In this document: positions 1 to 22,616 of the stretch, piece by piece
How the letters are laid out: the number at the start of each line of letters is the position of its first letter
How positions within the stretch are numbered: the first letter of the stretch is position 1
Assembly: GCA_905331295.1 (NCBI GenBank)
Contig: CAJNYD010000050.1
Coordinates: forward strand, 1-64,000
Length of the DNA stretch: 64,000 bases
Origin: Rotaria socialis
Lineage: Eukaryota
Direction of reading: 5' to 3'
Notes under the pieces: model-generated
Seen by the model: the letters and a program-made list of their open reading frames with translations, nothing else
Told to the model about the DNA's origin: nothing
Databases searched by the model: none
Program-made: the position numbers and the translations under genes

Positions 1-917
1 TAAAAGACTTCCTAAACTACAAGCGTTTTCCTAACGAAGTCAACTATGTGAAATCAATTATAATAGGACGAAATTCTAATATAGTATGCAAGGGAATCAA
101 GTTTAATCAATTTTTCTACTATAATCCATTTTAATTGATTTTTCTATTATAATCCATTTTAATTGATGTCTGATGTAATTGCGCCATCTCAAATGGAATT
201 AACTTATATAGGGGTTCCAACTTAACTATATTTGAATGATTCTGATTCACAGGCAATTGATTGTGAATATTAGGAATCTAAAAAAATCATTAAAAAATTA
301 GGGTTTTATGTTCGAATCTCGGGAAAAGCACACTTTTCGCGCCTAATGATTAAATTTGATTACAATGTGATAATAGATTAAAATCGATTGCAAGGAAATA
401 ATAAATTATAATGGTTTACAGTCTAGGAATTGATTAAATGGATTACAAGATAATAAGAGATTAATATCTACAAAACACGTAACCATAGATTCAAATCGAT
501 GAATCAGTAAAATGGAAATACCTTGAGTACCATATAAGAAATGGATTACTATGGATTTAAGATGATAATATATTACAATTAATAAAAAATATGAGCATGG
601 ATTAAGTGAATGAGAATATGTGGATCGATGAATTCCCATCAAGATAGCCATAAGTTAAAATCAATTTTTTTGTGATTATAAATCTATTTTAATGGCACTG
701 TTATAACCCTAGTTTAATTATTATTTAGATCGAAAAAATTGATTATAATCGATTGGTCAATAATCAATTATAATAGATTTTAAAATAATCGATTATAATC
801 AATTTTTTCGATCTAAAAAATGATTAAACTAGGGTTATAACAGTGCCATTAAAATAGATTTATAATCACACGAAAATCAATTATAATCAGATTTTTCGCG
901 ATTTATTTTTACATGGG
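1..917. mobile_element. Right-hand part of a non-autonomous TIR DNA element (CCC-terminus, CMC/EnSpm-like) rich in internal palindromes; left end probably outside the window
   Basis: Ends in TTTTACATGGG at 917 (reverse complement CCCATGTAAAA). Many ATTATAATC/GATTATAAT motifs, a ~29-bp tandem duplication at ~110-167 and a long hairpin at 671-870. No partner TIR or TSD is visible, so the superfamily is inferred. Confidence 0.4.
671..870. repeat. Near-perfect inverted repeat, 84-bp arms (671-754 / 787-870) with a 32-bp spacer
   Basis: TGTGATTATAAATCTATTTTAATGGCACTGTTATAACCCTAGTTTAAT... reappears as its reverse complement ending ...TTATAATCACA, with only a few mismatches. Confidence 0.95.
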
Positions 918-1610
918 TATACTGTATCTATGGCATTTTTAAAGATTTTTTTCATTTCATTTGCTAAACTATCACAAAAATCTTAGTTTTTATCCATTAG
1001 TTTGTTATAGAATATATACTCGCATGTGAGATTTAAAGTTTTCTCAAAATGTTCAAACATATATCTAAAAGCTTTATGACATAGTATAGGTTTTATGAAT
1101 ATCATCAATATATAGTAATGTCTCGCAGCTATATTGTTTTCATACTTTTTATTTAAATAACATTTCATAACTGTTGATAATATAATAAAACCTATTTTTG
1201 AAAATGTTTATCTAGTAGGAACAATGTTAAGCGGTATAAATCAGATGAATTTAAATGATTTTAGAGCATGATATATTATTGATATGAACGAATATATGAG
1301 ACTTATATAATAAATATATACTTATGTATGTATAATATGTTCTGTTTTTCTTTTATATAACAAATTATGCATTCTATTATACAGCATCTAAGTATTAAAA
1401 TTTGATATCTTAACATATAATTAGTCATCTTTATATCTTATCTACTGATTTCAATAATCTAAGCGATATCTTTTAATAATAGTTGAATAATATTAAAAAA
1501 ATGTTTTTTTGTAGCATGAAGAAATAACTGTTCAGATGTTCTTCATTGGCATGAAAAAACAATAGAGAAAGAAATGAGGAGGAACTTTTTAAAAATAGTG
1601 TAGTTGCTGT

Positions 1611-4528
1611 TTATATTTCATCATCGGTGGTAACATCCTCATCGTCACTAGTTTGAACGTCATAAAATTGAATACTATCGATGATTTCCAAAAATATATT
1701 GCTTGTTGAAAGTGGATGATCATTTAAATCAATTTCTGCACGATATACACCGATAAGCCACAATAAGACTACCACATGTACGTAGCAGTCGACATCGCAT
1801 CGTCCTGACATGCAGGTACAATACCAACCAATTATTAGTTGCTCAAGATTTTTAATATCATGTTGTATAATAGGTACATAAGGTTTTTTGTTTATATGAA
1901 GAGACGAGAAACGAGCACGAACAATGTTATCATCATTCCAGGAAAGTTCAACAATCAACTCTGGTTCATCGTCGCAAAGTGGTGATGGTGTTAAATGCTC
2001 TTGAATATATGAGATGGCCTGTTTTACTTGATAGCTCCCTATAGTGATATTAATTATAATATGAAGATCCATGTTATTTTCGTATCACAACAAAGACTAC
2101 GAACATCATCAGCAGATATTCTGGAAAAATACACATTTTTGCATCATATTTCTTCCAATCGGATCTTTCTTTAGAGATGTAATAAAGATGCATTTGAATA
2201 TTATTCTCTTGGTTGATTTTTTCAAGCATACGGTAAGCTATCTCAACGCCTGCGCGAATGTCAGATACAGGCTTTGGAAAGAAATCATTGATAATTGCGC
2301 AAGTAATATCGAGATAATTACTAATAAAACGAAGAGATGAGTTTTGGATTGTTTGAAAAAAATACTTCCACTGTTTAACTTGCCCATTTACTAAGAATAA
2401 AGACTACTAGAAACATTTAAACGTAAATTAATCATATACCACTCTCTATGACCCATCGGACTTTGGTAATTAGGCATGTATAATTAGCATCTTCAATACT
2501 AAGCTGTTCTCTTTGATTTAAAAATGAGGGCATGGCAGCTTGATAACCAAAATTTTTAATTGTTGGTATCACATCACGAAAACCCCTATCTACTATTAAT
2601 TATCATCTTTATGCAACCAATGAATTATGTCTTGTTCATTTGTGTATAAGCAACATTTGAGAATTGTTGCGTCATTATTGTTATAATCAGAAAAAAGTTC
2701 CAAGTGAGCATAAAATATACCAATCCTGTAAACAAGTGAACTGAGCTGTATATATACTTACGACCTAGGAAAAAAGTTTCATCTGTTACGAAAAAAACAG
2801 ATGATAGACTCACTGTAGTTGTTAAAATCATAGGCTTTACTTAGTTTCTATGCTTATTCATTCAATAAGACTTTCTTTGAAGTTGATTATTACTAGATTT
2901 TTGCATAAAAAGATAAGTTGCATCAGCTATAACACATAGTTGATTAGGTTTATTAGTATGAAGAATAGTAGCAATGGCTGTTTGATGTTGTTCAATAGCT
3001 GTTTCACGAGTAATATGTTTTAAACCCAAATGATAAGGAACAAAAGTCCTTCATTAAAGCTTTACGAACTTGATTGCTGATGTATGCAACAACTCTTCTA
3101 TTTTCAAGATTAAATAAAACTGCTTAGTATTGAAGATGCTAATTATACATGCCTAATTACCAAAGTCCGATGGGTCATAGAGAGTGGTATATGATTAATT
3201 TACGTTTAAATGTTTCTAGTAGTCTTTANAAAAAACCCCCACCCCCCCCCCCCCCGGTCAAACATTACGACGACCAGTTACGATTGTAAACAGTCGCATA
3301 CGGCAACGTATACTATCGTTTTATAACGTTTCTGACCGAAAATCGCCGTAATTTGACGTTTTGCCATGCATCGTATTACGACCGTACACGATCGTTTTTT
3401 AGCACGATGCAAAACGACCGCAATACGGCGCATACCAAACGGCCGTGTACGATACAAGTTGATCGACCTGGGCCGGTTACTTAAACCCAAACGTAATTTT
3501 GCTAGAAACACAGCAACAACAACACGTACTGATCTTACATGAGAATTTCGCATAGATGATACTGTATTAACCAAAAGATTGAATTGTTCTGCAAAAAAAT
3601 ATTATAAGAATATTTGTAAAACAATTATTTTCAATATAATCAAAAATTTCTTCAGCATAGATATTATATTCTCAGGTGTTTGATATGAATTTCTCCTTTT
3701 AAATGAACTAAAATATGTTTGAATTGGTTTACAATATTTCAAACAGAAAAAGTAGAATTAGAAAATTTTTATCTAATATTTCACACAATTTCAATTACTA
3801 TTTTTAATCTTGAAACACCTTTACATAATCCAGCAATAGTCTGATAACCTTCATCACTGAAACAATTTTCCATTGATCAGGTTTCGATACAAGAATATGA
3901 TCAAACGATTTAATAATTCATCCGTCTCCACACAAATGACTTGTACAACATCGAGAACCTGGCGCAACAATTATATACCACATTTTAAAAATATCATTGT
4001 TCTTTGTATACATGATAAAACTTTTGTTGAACAAGAATCTTTTTCATCACAAAACACGCAAGAACTAACATAAAAACCTATGTTTATTACAAAGAATAAG
4101 AAATGTTCTTACTGGTGTGATTTAGAACATCGAAAAACTGGAATACTAATACTCTTAGGTTGAGTATCAATATTTGCATTTGAATGGCTTATAGCAAGAT
4201 TCTCAATACCAACACTCATCACCTATTAAGTTCACATATATAATCAACAATATGAAAAAATATTATTCTTTACACTATCATCATCAATATTCATAGGTTC
4301 CATACCAAACTCAGCTACACTATCGTGTCAAAATCATCATCCATTGCTTGTTGCCACTTAAGAAGCTTTGAACGACATTTCTGGCAAACTATATCATCAC
4401 TACTAATACGCTGTAACAATCTGGCAGCAAAAAAGCAAACGCAAAAGACCAGCACCAACTTCACGAAATTCATGTGAATCCAAGCTTCGTTCGCAACCAG
4501 CACATTTAGAACGTGGTGTATGAGGCAT
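1611..4528 (-). pseudogene. Decayed intron-containing DDE transposase (ISL2EU / PIF-Harbinger-related, DDE_Tnp_4-type) with N-terminal Cys motifs and a C-terminal SWIM-like finger
   Basis: Minus-strand fragments in order: MPHTPRSKCAGC..CQKCR; IVAPGSRCCTSHL; SDEGYQTIAGL; FLAKLRLGLSNR (HTH region); VPYHLGLKHITRE; CVIADATYLFMQKSSNNQLQRK (D1, ~2920); IVDRGFRD (D2, ~2573-2593); ITKVRWVIES (E, ~2441-2470); GWYCTCMSGRCDVDCYVH (SWIM-like). Several stops and frameshifts, a MITE insertion and an N. A possible further upstream ATG lies at 4630. Confidence 0.85.
3252..3472. mobile_element. MITE (CCCAGGTC-type termini) inserted in the transposase after GLSNR
   Basis: GC-richer island with ACGA/CGTA repeats. 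Left end CCC(C)GGTCAAA lies in a poly-C run next to the N; right end TCGACCTGGG. CC flanks on both sides fit a 2-bp TSD. Confidence 0.7.
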
Positions 4529-4741
4529 ATTATATACGTATCACTAAAAGAGACAATGAACGTTTCAAATGTACACTTCTTTGTTCGTTTCCTCCTGACC
4601 TTTTGTTAACCTTGCCGTTGACCGCACCATGATTATAGCAGTCTATCCAGGTCATGTTAGTATAGTAGTGTGCTTATTTTTATTTATTTTTGTTAATTTG
4701 TTATTATACTAAAAACAGTCAATTACTTTTTACTTTTTTCA

Positions 4742-5557
4742 ATGATGACGTTCAAAATTGACTTTCCTGCTATTATATTTATTTTTCTGATCATCAATTT
4801 GATTGAAATGCTCGTATTGGTGTTTCCAGGTCGTGGCGGTACGGCGGGAAACGACCGGAAAACACTGGAAATAGCTGGAAGGTGGAAGCAATATTCCGAT
4901 CGGAAATTCCCGGATTTTTTTCCCGTGGATTCCGGTCAAGTTCCAGTGCTTTCCGGCAGGAGCCGGTAGTAAATCATCGAGAAAAACTCCGAAAATCTTC
5001 CGACCTGAATACTGCTTGCACGTTCCAGTGACTTTCCGTGTTTTCCTCCGGAATACGGTGATTTTTCCGCATCTTTCCGGTCGGTTCCTACAGTATCCGG
5101 TGACCGAAACGATTGACCTTGGTTTGTGTGCGAAAGAAACACGTTATATTATACGAGAATTAATGCAACACTTTACTGTACAACGTCTTACTCAACAATT
5201 AGGTTGAAATTCTTGATCGATATGCTAATTAACTCGATCGTATGGTCATTTGACCACATGTTAGCGACATATATAGCTTTTTTTACGTTCATTATATTTT
5301 ATTGCATGTTGTTTCCTCGAACTGGAGCTGGTAGAACATTAAGGGGAGCTTGGCAACTATTACATCAAGATCTTAAATCTTCAATTAATGAGATTTGGAA
5401 GGCAACGAAACAAGTTGTATATGAATTATCAAAAACGATAAACATAATAAACCTCCTAGAATTACTATTTATCGGCTTAACCATAATTATTGTTCCAGAA
5501 ATAGTGAACGTTTTTGTCAAAACGCTAACGAAATTGGGCAAAATTGCGATAATATGA
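4742..5557 (+). pseudogene. Hydrophobic ~171-aa ORF (putative multi-pass membrane protein) interrupted by the 4825-5122 MITE
   Basis: Removing the MITE plus one TSD copy joins MMTFKIDFPAIIFIFLIINLIEMLVLVF (from 4742) in frame to VCERNTLYY...KLGKIAII* (5126-5557). About three hydrophobic segments; no family recognised. Confidence 0.45.
4825..5122. mobile_element. MITE (CCCAGGTC-type termini) with internal CCGGAA/TTCCGG repeats
   Basis: Left end TCCAGGTCG, right end TTGACCTTGG, TT(T) on both flanks. Sharp GC-rich island with many CCGG palindromic units; termini resemble those of the 3252-3472 element. Confidence 0.75.
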
Positions 5558-6400
5558 TCTTTAAGATTGTAATATAAACTTGTAGATGAACTATTTTAAA
5601 ATAAATTCTTTTTTTGATGATATTGAGGCACTACAACAATTATCTTGATCTGCAACATTTCGAACTAGAATTCTAGAATAGAAAAGATGCTAAACTAATG
5701 AATCTATCGGAGATTATCTTAAAACTTGTGCTTCATTAGCAACTAAATTGTGTTATTTTGAGTATGACAGTCTTTCCACGACATCCACATCTTTTCTCAA
5801 TAAATATTATTTTAAAAGAGTGATCAAATTAATTCTTTTTATTAAGTAATTTAGGTAAATATTTCTATTTAATTAAATGAGATTTTTGAACATATGTCAT
5901 GTTGAGGTGAAATCATCAACCAATAAATAAATAAAATGTGTAAATAACTAGAAAAAACCAATGCTAATTATGAATACAAGAAAAATTCTATCGAAACAAT
6001 TAATTGTGTTACCGACATTTTGCTTGAGAGTCTAAATAATAAGATATAATCTTTTTTTTATTTTATCAATTAAATAAAAAAATAATTAGAAAGTTTTAAT
6101 TTTTCTAACAACATCTACGAGTTACTTATTATATCGAATAGAATGAAAAACATTTACTTTTATATAAAAATATTTATTTTAAATCTTAATATTCTTTTAT
6201 ATTATATTTATAGAAGTTTTCATCTGAATGAATATTTATTTGATCATTAATGGAAACGGTTAAACTATGTGGTCTAGAAAAAATTTTCATACGATATTAT
6301 CATTTTGAATAATATAATTCCGATTAAACTTTATAAAACTACAAATACGATTAAATTTATCTTATAATTGATATATATTTATATATATATATATATATAT

Positions 6401-6776
6401 GGGGTTGGCCAGTCTGGGCGGATACCCCAATCCTTTTTTGGTACATATAGCTTCGATACTATATCAGAAAAGCATGATTTTTTCTCAATTATGGTGCTTG
6501 CAAAATGCTAATGATCTGCTAAGGGCACAAGGCTTATATCATAGTTAAAGCCAAAATAATCAAGTGTATCTATAAACTTTTTCAGCGTTTGTAAACAGGT
6601 TTTGGGAAGATATTTGATTATTTTGGTTTCAACTATGATATAAACCTTGTGTCCTTGGCAGATCGTTAGCATTTTGCTAGTACTATAATTGAGAAAAAAT
6701 CATACTTTTCTGACACAGTATCGAAGCTATATGTACCAAAAAAGGATAGAGGAATCCGGACAGACTGGCTAACCCC
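6401..6776. mobile_element. Fold-back MITE with ~165-bp terminal inverted repeats inserted in a (TA)n tract
   Basis: Begins GGGGTTGGCCAGTCTG and ends CAGACTGGCTAACCCC. The arms stay complementary through TTTTTTGGTACATATAGCTTCGATACT / AGTATCGAAGCTATATGTACCAAAAAA. ATAT flanks both sides. Confidence 0.9.
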
Positions 6777-7354
6777 ATATATATAAAGAAATAACCAATC
6801 AATCATTTTTGTTCATATTTAACTTGTACGTTAGTTTCATTTTCCTTTTTATTCGAAATTCTTCAGAAACTGGGCTAAAATTAGCATACATTATCAAAAG
6901 AAATGTGTAAATTCTCATTTTGAGTCGGTAAAACGTGTAGCTGATGATAACAAACATGGATAGCAAACTTAAAGAAAGTTGATTTAGTAGCAAGATAAAT
7001 GTGTTTCTTCTGTCGTGCCCTGTCGCTCCATCACCCATGTTCTGTTCAGTTCTCATAGTGAGTTTTCAATTGATAATAATTATCTTAGTTCATTTCTTGA
7101 TAATTATGTATTAGTCATAGTGGGGAAACGCTATAGGTCAGTGATCGAATGATTATCATTAAAATTTTGCAAAGCACAATGTTTTGTTTGATGTGGAACT
7201 AATATTGAGCCTGATTATATTCCTAAAAACGCATAACTTTCTTGTTGTTTTATCGTCATTGATGATACCCGTTGATTCGATTCGAATCGATTAGTTCTTG
7301 ACATTTAAGTGCACAAAAGGTAAATATCAAACTCGAACAACTTTAGAAAAAATT

Positions 7355-8423
<1,069 letters not shown>

Positions 8424-9246
8424 TCACTAAGTGATATTTATTAACGGATGGTAGAAAGATGATCTAGAATGGAACACAAAACGTATAGTAACAAACCGTG
8501 GTAGGAAGTATGTTGATAAAGTAAACAAAATAAATTTCATGTGTAAATAAAATAAACTTAAAGAGCTTTTCTTCTGAAGTGTCGCATAAAAATTCACTTG
8601 ATCCGATGGAAGACAATGTACCTAACTGTGTGTAAAATTAAGGTGCGGGATATAAAAATCGAAACAAAATAAAAGGGAAGATCGAATCATATATTACAAA
8701 AAAATGCAATGTAACCATCTGTTGTTGTTGTGCTCCTCTGTCTCTACACGTAAGCATCGTATTCTATCCACCATATTTTAACTAGCTATTTGCGTTTGTT
8801 CTATGACCTTCTCGAACGGTGCGTTGTATCCGACAGAATAAGTATATCGAAGAAGAATCGACGTTTACGTAGAGGTTCGTATACATATATTGAACTAGAT
8901 AAGTTCAACTTTTTTTTCTCAGTGAATCCTTTAAAAAATTTTACAAAATCATTTAATTTCGAGAAATTTTTAATAAATTATTTTTTCTCTTTATAACAGT
9001 AGTGCGAAGAAAGCGACACTAGCGCCAGATGGGCTGTTTAAAAAGCAGACCGAATATACATGTTATCTAACAAAATGAGTCATACGATAACGAGTAAATT
9101 AGTAATCAGTGATATAACGAAACAGTTCATGCTCCAAAGTCCAAAAGCCAGGTACTTTTTCTATACATGAATGAATGAAGAGAGTATTTCTTTGTATAAA
9201 TATTATATAGCAAAAAAAAAGAAAAATAAACGCAACAGTTTATAGT

Positions 9247-9807
9247 TTATTTGACATCAGATAAATAGAGTACTCGATTGACGTATGATAAATCTAAATC
9301 AGAGACTGGTGGAATTGCATCTGTAGTAGAATGTTTTGAAAGATCTCTCTTTCTTGTATGACGATCTAAATTAACGAAAAATATTTGCTCTTTCTCATAT
9401 CTTTTTGTGCACTTTTATTACTGACCACGTATTAATTTCATACTATCTAATGATGGTACAGATAAGCTATTCACTAAACAATTGCCAAGAACAATACTAA
9501 TTAAGAATGTGACGACTCCAATAGCTATTGCAATAGACCAATATCTAAATTAAGATTCGATAGAAGAGATGATTATCAAAAGTTGATTTTCGATACTTAT
9601 GAGGATAATATGTAATACCAATATTTTCAAACCAATTATTTGGTAAATAAGCCCAGAGTAAATAAATTACTATTAGAAGGAAAAAAATATAATAAAAATA
9701 ATTTCAAGTACATGATACTGACCGAATGCAAAAATAGATGTAACATACAGAAAAAAACCAATAATCGCTCGTTCCGGTCGAGGTGATGGCGATGGAGCAG
9801 TAGACAT
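9247..9807 (-). CDS. PIGP: GPI-GlcNAc transferase subunit P (PIG-P), four small exons
   Basis: Spliced by hand across three GT-AG introns: MSTAPSPSPRPERAIIGFFLYVTSIFAFVIYLLWAYLPNNWFENIGITYYPHKYWSIAIAIGVVTFLISIVLGNCLVNSLSVPSLDSMKLIRDRH...AIPPVSDLDLSYVNRVLY. This matches the PIG-P pattern (PSP.PERA.YGF; WA..P..W...GITY.P.KYW; IPP..D..). Confidence 0.9.
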
Positions 9808-11209
9808 CTGCAATTGAAATATTGATATATTTTACATGTTTGATATTCAGTTTATGTTTGTCACTACTGCATACAAAACTAGATCTACAAGTAATTAAAT
9901 TGCTTTGAAATATACGTATTTTTTCCCTTTATTAGATCGATGAAATGAAAACAAGCGTTTTTCTAATGAGTATCTTTGATATTGTTGGCCTCTATCTTCG
10001 TTTCATATATAATAAGAGTTGAACAACATGACATATGAAATCTAGTATCAAGACTTATCTTCAACGTGGCCTGGATTGTTTCTCATGTATGAGAAAATTT
10101 CCTCACATGTTAGTATCTAGTTTTAATAAATTTTTTTCTCTAGATCCCTCGTAGTTCTCTCACAAATTGTTTTAGAAGATATAGTTTGTTCACAAGACTT
10201 GATCAGTATATGCAAATTGTAATGAATATATATATATTTTTTTTAGCTCTTCTCTGAGATGTAGGTTTCTCTGAAAACGTTATGTTGAAGTTTTGATCCG
10301 AAACTCTGTATATATAGAAAAATTAACTAGATTAAATTTTGTCTGTTCTCAAATAATTAGTTAGAACATCGATGCTTTAATATATTTGATAGAAACACAT
10401 AAGTTCAATATAAATTTCTAGTAGAGGACAATCGCACTAGTTACTCTGCAGTTTACAGTAGGTCTCTCGTTGCAATTGATTGTGCTTGAAACACAATATA
10501 TCCATCTGAAAATAATACGTGAAATATATTAAGTTTAACTATGTTAGTTGCAAACAAAACTATCATATTGGATCGTAAATTCTATTCAGTACTCTTTATA
10601 TCTCATTTTTGACAATAGTGCATGACTCACATGAAATTATTATCAATTATAAACCTAGACCTATCTGCTATACATTCATCTTTCTCTAAGCTTAACTTTC
10701 AAATCGATTAGGGATTATTTACTAAGTCTGATACTAATCTTCAACCTACCGATATCGATTAGTTGCTATTAAAATAAAACAAAACACAACAAAACAACCG
10801 AATAAATTCTAAAAACAAATTTATTTGACTAACTCTTTTATTAATTTTCTATAGAAATAACAAAAAAAAACGCTGAACAAACTGTCCATATATTTATGCA
10901 AATAAAGCCGATTGATATAAAAAGAAATATTTTAAATTTAATTAAAAAAACTGACAACAAAAAAAACCTGCTAATCATTTTCTTTATTAGTATCTCTTTT
11001 ATTCCATTTCATATATACAAAAGAGGAAAAAGATGACCACAAATTATGACAACACGAAATTCATGGACAAAAAAGCCAAAACTAGTTTTGATTGCATGAT
11101 AAAAAACAAAAACCAAAAAAGACAGATATTTATAAATATACGATAATAGTAAAGCAAAAAAAGAAAAATATATTTCGGAAAAAAATATATAAATATAAGA
11201 TTTTTTATT

Positions 11210-21027
<9,818 letters not shown>

Positions 21028-22616
21028 TAATTAGTATACAATAACATGATCTATTAAAAATGAGATAGTTTTATTGTTGATTGTGAAGATCATTTCTCTT
21101 CCAATTGAATAATATACACTATACAATTTGTAGCATAGCCACCAGTTTCACTAGTAGTTAACATCTGAAAGTGATGATTGCAATGTCAATATTTGTTTTT
21201 TTTCAAGATTGAAAGAACAATATGAATTTTTTTATTATACAATAAAAATGGTACCAAAGAAAAAATGAGAAAAAAATCCCATCAACACTACTTTCATAAA
21301 AAAAAGGAGAGAAAGAATAAATTGTGAACTATGCATGCAAACACATTTTTCTTCAACCTTGACATGATCGTGTCGACAAAATAATTTTTTGATAGAAGCA
21401 TCATATGCATACATGTGTACTTACTATAGAGACAAATGGAACATAAATGACACGACGCATGGTTAGAAAATAAACGACCAAATATGTTTATTGATGTGCC
21501 ATTCTAGAGCAAAAACAAAGTATGATTGTACTCACACTAGAACACGATCAGTTCCTTTATTTTTAGTTTTCTTTTTCTTTCATACGCAATTCATCATAAT
21601 AGTACATCAACAATAGATGATAAGCATCTGAAAATCGAGCTTCGAACAACAGCTATCGTTTTGAAACTACACCATTCTCCATCAATATGTTGATGCGTAC
21701 AACAATAGATACGCATTTTTCTCATCTTGTGTCTTTTGTCTTTCTTATTCGCTATAACATTCGATCGATGTTAGTTACATCTATGTATAAACAAGTGTAA
21801 TCATGTTAACACATCAGCACTTTTTTCTGTTATGCTTGTTCATGCAACAAGTCTTAATGATGCCTATTTTTATTCTTTTGTTTCTCAAGAGATTGGAAAA
21901 AGAAACAAAAAGTATACTTAGGACGTCAATATAACAAACCTTAACAAGAAAAACTAATATAAATTGTCGAAGGCGAAGTGAATTTCTCATGATAATTCTT
22001 CGCACAAAACAACTATGAAATAATTCATGTTGTTTCTTGCATAGTCGTTAGTATGAAATGGATGAATACTTCTCTGATGATCTAGAACGGAAAAATAGAA
22101 AAAAATGATTTAGTCAATGAAGAATTCATCTATCTTTTGTTTAATATGTGTCTATTGATTTGTTGTTCAATCACCAACGCAAATAGAAGAGATTTACTAT
22201 CGATAAGCATAGACAACAAGCGAACGAGAAGATTATAAAGTGTATTTTTTCTTCATCTACGAAATCGAACGGGGAAAAACAAATAGAGAAATGATTATTT
22301 TTTTTGCATAGTTTTTGCCATGAAAAATTTCTTTTTTTAATTTGATCAATGTAAACGAAAATAAATGAGCAAAAGAAAAAGAAGACGTTGTAGCTATATG
22401 TAACAATAGAATGAACGAAACTATACAATAAAAACAAATAAATAAATGAATAAGTATCACTGCAGATAAAAAACAGCTCGAAAAAAAAAATGACGGAAAC
22501 AAAAACTAATCATTAGAAAATATTATGCATTCGGAAGACATAGCTGAAATTAATAGAAATTAATTAAGAAAGAGAAGAAAGACATGTTAGTATGCTAGCA
22601 ATGAAATATTTCATTT

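Noticed and set aside
4739..5207. Several 63-75 aa ORFs on both strands
   Set aside because: Explained by the GC-rich, stop-poor MITE at 4825-5122.
7090..7310. Minus-strand peptide fragments vaguely like a transposase N-terminal Cys region
   Set aside because: Too degenerate to support by eye.
9012..9036. CTCF-like motif (CACTAGCGCCAGATGGG) between eEF1A and PIG-P
   Set aside because: Only a partial consensus match; a single short motif is not supportable.
22070..22125. Second CTGATGA...GAAA candidate
   Set aside because: No convincing stem II and no stem I complementarity.
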